A DNA stretch of 8,012 bases from Octopus sinensis (lineage: Eukaryota): positions 1-8,012 of the forward strand of contig NW_021828671.1 in assembly GCF_006345805.1 (NCBI RefSeq), in the 5' to 3' direction. A program made the translations under genes and the position numbers. Shown here in pieces: positions 1 through 6,840 of the stretch. The first letter of the stretch is position 1, and each line of letters starts with the position of its first letter. The notes beneath the pieces are model-generated. The model saw only the letters and a program-made list of their open reading frames with translations. It did no database searches and was not told the origin of the DNA.

Positions 1-54
1 ATTTAATTATCAGTATATTAAATGTTTTGTTTTCTTTCAGATTCCCCACCACGG

Positions 55-792
55 ATGAGATGCCAATACGAAAAATGAAGACACGTGCAGTCATTGTTGA
101 TTATGGGCGGAAAACAGACATTTCGAATTTGCCAACTTTCTAAATTTTGCAAAATCTTTTCTACATAACGTTCGAATGTAACTGGAAGCCTCTGGCGGGA
201 TAATTTCATCGGTATCAAAGAGGAAAATACATTCGGAATGTTCAGACACTATAATGACTGGATCCTGCAATTAATCCAATGGATTCAAAAATATTATCGA
301 TGACGATCCTGGAAAATCAATGAGAGCCATCACCAAAGAAAGTTAGGTATCGGAGAGGTCTGTCAGAACTGTGGTGCACGAGGACATACGATATAAGTCG
401 TATCTGTTAATGAGAAGCCAAGCTGGCAGAAACGGTAGCACACCGGGCGAAATGCGTAGCCGTATTTCGTCTGCAGTTACGTTCTGGGTTCAAATTCCGC
501 CGAGTTTGACTTTGCCTTTCATCCTTTCGAGGTCGATAAATTAAGTACTAGTTACGCACTGGGGCCGATGGAATCGACTCAATCGCTTTGTCTGTCCTTG
601 TTTGTCCCCTCTGTGTTTAGCCCCTTGTGGGTAGTAAAGAAATATATTAATGAGAAGCCAATTCATGTCTGCAAATTCGGAAAGCCGTTTCATTCGTACC
701 AATGGTTACGTTACTGACTTGGCGTACCTTGGTTCTTCTCGAATGAGAAAAAGAAACCTCGAAAGTCTGACAGGAGAAATGATAGATACTTA
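55..792 (+). mobile_element. Degenerate Tc1/mariner-superfamily DNA transposon relic: 5' half of a DD37D/maT-like transposase, interrupted by a SINE at 421-646
   Basis: Hand translation through frameshifts and stops: MKTRAVIV (75-98); FEFANFLNFAKSFLHNVRM*LEASGGIISSVSKRKIHSECSDTI (from 122); IIDDDPGKSMRAITKES*VSERSVRTVVHEDIRYKSYLLMRSQ (293-420), continuing in frame after the SINE as FMSANSESRFIRT; then WFFSNEK...RRNDRYL (730-792). These match the helix-turn-helix region and the WFFSDEK...RRNDRWL first-catalytic-Asp block of mariner-like transposases (Asp here is Asn, AAT 742-744). No TIR visible. Confidence 0.85.
421..646 (+). mobile_element. tRNA-derived SINE monomer (octopus OK-like), about 7 nt 5'-truncated, with 14-bp TSD
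   Basis: A-box-like AGCTGGCAGAAACGGTAG (421-438), B box GGTTCAAATTCC (487-498), body roughly 85% identical by eye to the reverse complement of 5444-5658. Flanked by a perfect direct repeat TTAATGAGAAGCCA at 407-420 and 647-660 (15 bp if the following A is counted). Confidence 0.9.
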
Positions 793-1012
793 TTCTTTAA
801 TTCTTCTTTATTCTTATGTTCGTTTCAGTCATTTTGGCCGGCGGCCGTGTTGGAGCACCGCCTTTAGTCGAGCAAATCGACCCCAGGACTTATTCTTTGT
901 AAGCCTAGTAATTATTCTATCGGTCTCTTTTTGCCGAACGGTCTCTTTTGCCATACCAGCATCGGTTGTCAGGCGATAGTGGGGGACAAACACAGACACA
1001 AAAAGATACACA

Positions 1013-1016
<4 letters not shown>

Positions 1017-1048
<32 letters not shown>
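1017..1048. repeat. (CA)16 microsatellite, internal to the SINE
   Basis: Perfect CA dinucleotide run read directly. Confidence 0.95.
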
Positions 1049-1050
<2 letters not shown>

Positions 1051-1103
1051 ATTAGAAATAGTACATTTCTAAGTCTCTCAGAGATTTATACAGTAGCAGC
1101 ACG

Positions 1104-1372
1104 ATAAAGTGTCGGTTCGTTGCCAACTTAATGTGAGAGTTCCAGGAAAGGGAAGAATGGTACTGCTATTTAGCTTCAAGAAACACCTTTTCCAGTTGGC
1201 AATGTGACACAAGCTTTCTGTGTCCTTAAGTTTTCAAACAGAGAAGATAAGTACACACTACGCTTGTGTCACATAGCCAACTGAAAACGGTGTTTCCCGG
1301 GGCTAAATAGCAGTAGCATTCTTCCCTTTACTGGGACTGCCACATTAAGTTAGTAACAAATCATCACTTTAT
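1104..1372. mobile_element. Palindromic fold-back / MITE-like non-autonomous element
   Basis: 1104-1214 is the ungapped reverse complement of 1262-1372 (111 bp, 18 mismatches by hand count, about 84%), with a 47-bp spacer. It lies between the (CA)n and (TA)n halves of the host SINE's microsatellite; the whole insert spans about 1051-1372. The inverted repeat is certain; the MITE label is inference. Confidence 0.7.
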
Positions 1373-1560
1373 ATATATATACGGCGGGCTTCCTTCAATT
1401 TACCTATGCCAAATCCACTCACAAGGCTTTGATCGGCCCGAGGCTATATTAGGAGACACCTGCCCAAGGTGGCATGCATTGGAATTGAGCCTGGAACCAT
1501 GTGGTTGGTAAGCAAGCTACTTTCCAGGCAGCCACTCCTTATATGCATACACATCTAACG

Positions 1561-1768
1561 TGTGTCTGTGTTTGTCTCCCACCATCGCTTGACAACTGAC
1601 ATTGGTGTTGTTACGTCGCCGTATCTTAGCAGTTCTGCAAAAAAGGCCGTTAGACTAAATACTAGGCTTACAGAAAATAAGTCCTGGAGTCGATTTGTTC
1701 GACTAAAGGCGTGGCTCCAGCATCGCCGCAGCCAAAATGACTGAAACAAGCCAAAGAATAAAAGAATA
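1561..1768 (+). mobile_element. 5'-truncated copy (3' half only) of the OR2-like SINE, inverted relative to the 790-1539 copy
   Basis: TGTGTCTGTGTTTGTCTCCC...GACTAAAGGC...GACTGAAAC-AAAGAATAAAAGAATA aligns to the reverse complement of 801-1000 at about 85% outside one replaced block; no tRNA head. Confidence 0.85.
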
Positions 1769-2021
1769 GGCATACATCCCCACTCTTATATACTATACAG
1801 TTGAGTGTTGGTATATTCGGGTATTTCATTCACATATTAAAAAAACTGCTTGCTTTCTAATCCTTTAGCGACACACAGACGCACCATCTGCCGGACTTAT
1901 ACACCGTCACACATGAATAACACACGATCATGCAGAATCCTTTAACATAACACAGGTCATGCACGTACGCCAATATGTATGCATAATACATTATGGTAAT
2001 GAAAAATTCATGGATACTTCT

Positions 2022-2025
<4 letters not shown>

Positions 2026-2052
<27 letters not shown>

Positions 2053-2072
2053 GATAGATATTATAGATATAA

Positions 2073-2109
<37 letters not shown>

Positions 2110-2228
2110 GAGATAGCTAGATATAGATATAGATAGATAGATAGATATGTATATAATATATATATATGTACATATATATATAGATATATTTAAAAAAAAA
2201 TATATATATATACATGTATATATATATA

Positions 2229-2269
<41 letters not shown>

Positions 2270-2320
2270 TATATATTATTTGTTATTTATTTTTAAATTA
2301 TGTATATAATATATATTATG

Positions 2321-2376
<56 letters not shown>
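2026..2376. repeat. Compound (TA)n/(TAGA)n microsatellite
   Basis: Read directly: TA run, TAGA run at about 2065-2146, then interrupted TA runs. Confidence 0.95.
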
Positions 2377-2630
2377 GTTATCCGTAATAATGAAGGGTGT
2401 GAAATTAATTAATTTGGAATAATTATCAATTACACCAAGTAGTCTTGAGGCATGTAAAAGCCTCATTCGAGGAAAATTTAAGTAATACTAAGCAATAAAG
2501 GGTTTAGCAACGAATTGCCTTACCACATACCGAATTTAGAAATAGCAGTCAAAGAGTTATAGCTATTTCTTCTACTAAAAAGGGAGATCTCAGTAAAAAC
2601 AGCAATTGGAAGGCAGACACAAACAGGTAA

Positions 2631-2921
2631 GATATATATATATATATATCTATATACACGCAAAAGTATCTATGAATTACATATGTATATACAAATATAT
2701 ATGTGTATGTGTGTGTGTGTATTGAAGCATACGCAATTGACACACAAATATACATGCCTACATGTATGTATATATGTATGTATGTATATATACATATACA
2801 CACACGTACATATCTATATACGCACACAAACACACATATATGCACGCACACATACACACGCGCACACGCACAATATACATACGTGTATATCTACTTATTA
2901 TCTGTGTCTGTGTGTATGTTG

Positions 2922-2955
<34 letters not shown>

Positions 2956-3135
2956 TATATATATATATGTATGTATGTATGTATGTACGTATGTATGTAT
3001 GTATTCATAAGATCAGAAATACATGAACGCTTGTTCTGTAAACTCCATAAGTGTATGCGTGCGTGGGTGTGTGTGTATGTGTTTATTTGTGTATACACAC
3101 GCAGACACACGCATATATGTATATATCTTACTTTA
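2631..3135. repeat. Degenerate (TA)/(CA)/(TATG) low-complexity tract
   Basis: Alternating purine-pyrimidine repeats with interruptions; source of the YIYI/VCVC/THTH pseudo-ORFs. Confidence 0.9.
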
Positions 3136-3280
3136 TTGTATGAATATGTCGCGTTCTCTAAAACCTAATGGACATGGCTGCCAGAAGTCGACTGAAGACA
3201 CGGAATAGTTTTGGCCGTGTTTTTGTTGTGTGTTTCAACATAACTTTGTTGTTGTGCGACCTCTTGTGAGACCATATTTC

Positions 3281-3612
3281 TGTGTATGTGTGCGTGCTAA
3301 ATGCATTCATATTTTTGTGTATGTGTGTGTGTGTGTGTGTGTGTTTGTGTGTGTGTACGTGCTTTGTACTGTTACTCTGTGTATATAGCATTTATATGAA
3401 CGCTGAAGAAGTCCCCTTCATAAGCGAGGGCGAACGGATTTTGATACGTCGCTAGTCTGCAGTGTGTAGTCTATGTTTCGTCTGTATTTATGTATATGCG
3501 TGTGCGTATGAGACACGTGTGTGCGTGTGCGTTCGTGTGTTTGCGCGTATGCGTTTGTGTGTATGTGTGTATGTGTGTGTGTGTGAATAGTCTCTGTGTG
3601 TCTGTATAACGT
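3281..3612. repeat. Degenerate (TG)n tracts flanking a short non-repetitive island (about 3391-3480)
   Basis: TG/TGCG/TATG repeats at about 3281-3390 and 3481-3612. Confidence 0.85.
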
Positions 3613-3834
3613 GATGTGGAGTGGGGAGGGAAGGGGGGGTTAAAATCCATTTATCATAAGCTAAAACCGAAATCCGTCATCAAAAGACAGTTTTTGAAAG
3701 CTTTTGTTTCGAAAATGAAAATCTTTTGTTGCAAAGAATAGAAATAGAAGAGAACCAACAGGAAGCAAAACAGAAGGCGAGTTCTGCAGTATTTCTTGGA
3801 GAGATGGTTCGCTACTTTGACCGACATAATCGCA

Positions 3835-3859
3835 ATTATTATTATTATTATTATTATTA

Positions 3860-3916
<57 letters not shown>

Positions 3917-3976
3917 CTACTACTACTATTATTATTATTATTATTATTATTATTATCATTATTATTATTATTATTA

Positions 3977-4007
<31 letters not shown>

Positions 4008-4025
4008 CATTATTATTATTATTAA

Positions 4026-4098
<73 letters not shown>
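3835..4098. repeat. (ATT)n microsatellite with ATC/ACT/AAT variants, ending in (AGT)10
   Basis: 264 bp, 88 triplets without phase change; gives the poly-I/poly-Y/poly-N ORFs. Confidence 0.97.
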
Positions 4099-4217
4099 TC
4101 TGGAATCGAAGGGAACGAAAAGCAAAACGTCTAGCTCTCACTTGGACGGTTGAAGTGAAATTTTGCTCTGTAAGTGCAGTTAACTTAAAACCAAGATCAG
4201 ACTGGGGGTTTTTTTTT

Positions 4218-4243
4218 GTTGTTGTTGTTGTTGTTGCTGCTGC

Positions 4244-4276
<33 letters not shown>

Positions 4277-4333
4277 AGGTGGTGGTGGTGGTGGTGCCGG
4301 CGCTACTGCTGCTGCTGCTGCTGCTGCTGGTGG
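4218..4333. repeat. Compound (GTT)/(GCT)/(GGT) trinucleotide microsatellite
   Basis: Read directly; gives the poly-V/A/G ORF at 4155-4421. Confidence 0.92.
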
Positions 4334-4632
4334 ATGGGATGAAGAATGGAATAAAAATTGGAACGGAGCAGCTTACGTTCGTCGGGGGGTTTTTGTTGCA
4401 AGACTAGAAAATGTTGCTTAGATGGAGTTGAAGCTGATGTTCTTGTTTTTACTGTTGCGGTCGTTGTCGTCGTTGGAGGAGAATTTTCCTTTCAAAAGAA
4501 AGAAAAAAAATTTTTTACATATTATGAAAGAATAGCGAAGTCTGGAAGTTATACAGAGAAAAATATTGTCATTATTGCTATTAACTCCTCATCATGATAT
4601 CCAATATCCTCGTTAAGATACGTGTGTCCGTG

Positions 4633-4717
4633 TATATATATTATATATATATATTATATATATAGATATATATATATATATACATATATACATACATACA
4701 CACATATATATATACTA

Positions 4718-4781
<64 letters not shown>

Positions 4782-4924
4782 CTAACGTATCTATATGCAT
4801 AAATTTACAGATACATATAGTGTCAGGCGTGCAGATAACATGACTTGATTGGATATATATATAAATATATTTATATTTACATATACATATATGTATAAGC
4901 GTATATATATTTATATATAGATAC
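4633..4924. repeat. Interrupted (TA)n microsatellite region
   Basis: TA runs at about 4633-4790 and 4853-4924, with CA/TACA interruptions. Confidence 0.92.
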
Positions 4925-5069
4925 AGACAAATGAACTTGCATTGAGCTTTAAAAAGTATAGAATAATAAAGAAAGAAAGAATAGCTTTTTAACTCGCCTG
5001 CTGTTTCTGGAAAATCGAAATTACGTAATAATCGCAATGTTCATCTCTATCTCTCACCCGTTGGCTGAA

Positions 5070-5079
5070 CCCCCCCCCC

Positions 5080-5113
<34 letters not shown>

Positions 5114-5152
5114 TGAGAGAGAGAGTGAGAGAGAGATAGCGAGAGAGAGAGA
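5070..5152. repeat. C10-(TA)8-(GA)n compound microsatellite
   Basis: Read directly. Confidence 0.92.
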
Positions 5153-5272
5153 CAAACACACATATATATATTTACAGAAGACAAGTTAAGAGAAGTGGAG
5201 AGAGAAAGAGTACATTACGTACTCAAAAATATACGTATCTGTAGAAACGAAATAAAAGAGTGCCTAAATCGC

Positions 5273-5658
5273 AATCTATTCTACTCTAGGCACAAGGCCC
5301 ACAATTTGGGGGGAGGGGGCCCAGTCGATGACATCGACCTCAGTATGTAACTGGTACTTAATTTATCGGCGCCGCGAAAAGATGAAAAGCAAAGTCGGCC
5401 ATTGCGGAATTTGAACTTGGAACGTAAAGACAGACGAAATACCTATTTCTTTACTACCCACAAGGGGCTAAACACAGAGAGGACAAACAAGGACAGACAA
5501 ACGGATTAAGTCGATTATATCAACCCCAGTGCGTAACTGGTACTTATTTAATCGACCCTGAAAGGATGAAAGGCAAAGTCGACCTTAGAACGTAGCGGCA
5601 GACGAAATACCACAAAGTATTTCGCCCGGCGCGCTAACGTTTCTGCCAGCTCGCTGCC
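5273..5658 (-). mobile_element. Dimeric tRNA-derived SINE (OK-like): unit 1 at 5444-5658, unit 2 at 5273-5443
   Basis: The minus strand begins GGCAGCGAGCTGGCAGAAACGTTAG. Unit 1 matches 421-646 but has lost the B-box segment at 5586. Unit 2 restarts at GGTATTTCGTCTG, keeps GTTCAAATTCC (5406-5416) and ends in a different tail (GCCCCCTCCCCCC...GTGCCTAGAGTAGAATAGATT). No TSD seen. Confidence 0.88.
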
Positions 5659-5701
5659 CTTAACCGTTACTATCATCACCATCACCATCACCACTATTAG
5701 G

Positions 5702-6840
5702 TTAGACAAACAAGTCATACTCGGCTTCCTTCACGGTCTCAAAACAACCCTGAAACTTGGTGCATGCTCCCCTCCCTGTGTAGCTGGGACGATGTTCCAA
5801 CATATTCTTGATTTTGGCCACTAGTTCGGCCTCGGTGTTTCAGGTAAATAGTTTAGTGTCTTTCTCAACCGAACGCCACAAACAATAATCTCAATGATTA
5901 CAATCGAGGGATTTAAGGTTAGTAAAGTCGTGGAAATGCTTCGACAACCATTTCTGACACCTTCAGGACGTATGGCAAAGAGCTCAATCCTGCTGTTACA
6001 CATATGGCCTTCCGGCAACAACCCTCTCCAACTGGGGTTTGACTGGAGTCTCTAGTAACTTCATATAGCCGTCTGAATTCAGCCTAATGACCTCTTCAAT
6101 GATGTTGGGCTGCACATGGCGTCAACCTCACAGGAGTCATACACAAAGACCATAGCAGTTAGGTAGATCTTGGTTTTCATAATACTTAGGATATCACATT
6201 GATTAAAGGAAAACCGCTTGCTGTTGAGGCTGCTGCTGTTGAGCGAACGGTCTTCGTCCCAGAGCTCGCAAGATGGGAGAAATCCGAAACGTGGTCCTTT
6301 GCTATTCGTAAGACCCGCAGAAGAGAAAGCAGGTCAACCCCCGACACCGAGATCATCGACGAATGGATGAATGCGCATCCAGGCTCAGCGGTTACGTAGG
6401 AAGTCGGGGACAAGAAACAGGAAGAAAGAGTGAGAGAAAGTTGGGGGCGAAAGAGTACAACAGAGGTCTCCACCACCCCCTGTCGGAGCCTCGTGGAGCT
6501 TTTAGGTGCTTTCGCTTGATAAAGACACACAACGCCCGGTCTGGGAATCGAAACCGCGATTCTCCGACCGCGAGTCCGCTGCCCTAACCACTGGGCTATT
6601 GCCTCTCCACTGCTGTTGAGGCTGTAGTTCGGCTGATTTGTCATTCTGGGGTAACTTCATAGTGGAGCCCCCAACACCCATCTTTCTCGTCAGCTCCCAG
6701 ATTCCCTTGATCGAATTTTCCATCACTTGGTCCTGCATTAGTTGGATGAACACTGGCGTGCGAACGCAGACAAGAACACCTCATTTATGTAACCATGGAC
6801 AGTGTTTTTAAACGGACCGCTATAACGGTATGTCTGGTGT
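5702..6840 (-). mobile_element. Degenerate Tc1/mariner (DD37D/maT-like) transposase relic, internally deleted, interrupted by a SINE at 6233-6610
   Basis: Minus-strand translation: RHTVIAVR (from 6835); CVRTPVFIQLMQDQVMENSIKGIWELTRKMGVGGSTMKL; MKTKIYLTAMVF (from 6180); IRLNSDGYMKLLETPVKPQLERVVAGRPYV*QQD*ALCHTS*RCQKWLSKHFHDFTNLKSLDCNH*DYCLWRSVEKDT...ACTKFQGCFETVKEAEYDLFV* (stop 5704-5702). QQD (Asp 5989-5987) and the S-x-D-x-N-x-x-D-Y block (Asp 5890-5888) are the 2nd and 3rd catalytic motifs. Many in-frame stops. Confidence 0.9.
6233..6610 (-). mobile_element. Full-length tRNA-derived SINE (octopus OR1-like head), tail type A, with 14-bp TSD
   Basis: Minus-strand head GTGGAGAGGCAATAGCCCAGTGGTTAGG (A box TAGCCCAGTGG), B box GGTTTCGATTCCC, ends ...GAAGACCGTTCGCTCAACAGCAG. 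Direct repeat TGCTGTTGAGGCTG at 6219-6232 and 6611-6624. Confidence 0.9.

Larger units (their letters stand above)
790..1539 (-). mobile_element. tRNA-derived SINE with CORE-like segment (octopus OR2-like), split by an insertion in its internal microsatellite
   Basis: The minus strand starts AGGAGTGGCTGCCTGGAAAGTAGC (A-box-like), then GGCTCAATTCC (B-box-like) and CCTTGGGCAGGTGTCT (resembles the CORE-SINE CCTTGGGCAAGT motif). It continues through an internal (TA)/(TG) tract to a 3' half ending GACTGAAAC plus an AAGAAT-type tail at about 790-820. The 3' half is independently matched by 1561-1768. No TSD found. Family name tentative. Confidence 0.8.

Noticed and set aside
790-1768. Twin-priming inversion as the origin of the inverted SINE halves
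   Set aside because: Twin priming gives non-overlapping segments of one RNA; here the same 3' half is present twice at about 15% divergence and no shared TSD flanks the unit.
650-1773. ORFs 650-979, 829-1047, 1555-1773 and 1562-1744
   Set aside because: They run through SINE bodies; only the first 18 or so codons of 650-979 are transposase remnant.
1869-1955. 87-nt candidate exon (CTTTAG acceptor, CAG|GTCATG donor)
   Set aside because: Stops in all three frames and a weak donor.
3192-3219. Second CTGAAGA followed by hairpin CACGG/CCGTG as a hammerhead
   Set aside because: No GAAA or stem III follows; CTGANGA alone is expected a few times by chance in 8 kb.
3660-3834. 58-codon open frame AKTEIRHQKTVFESF...RYFDRHNRN as an exon
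   Set aside because: No good acceptor or donor, it runs into (ATT)n, and purine/pyrimidine strand skew keeps several frames open here; no recognisable homology.
4218-4333. PolyQ/polyH coding region on the minus strand
   Set aside because: The Q frame has an internal TAG and the flanks close quickly; no splice context.
2549-5037. ORF-track ORFs rich in YI, VC, TH, poly-I, poly-Y, poly-N and poly-V/A/G
   Set aside because: They are translations of TA, CA, ATT and GTT microsatellites, which lack stop codons in those frames; no domain-like sequence.
55-6840. Composite transposon bounded by the two convergent mariner relics
   Set aside because: The relics are from divergent families and no terminal inverted repeats or TA duplication are visible.
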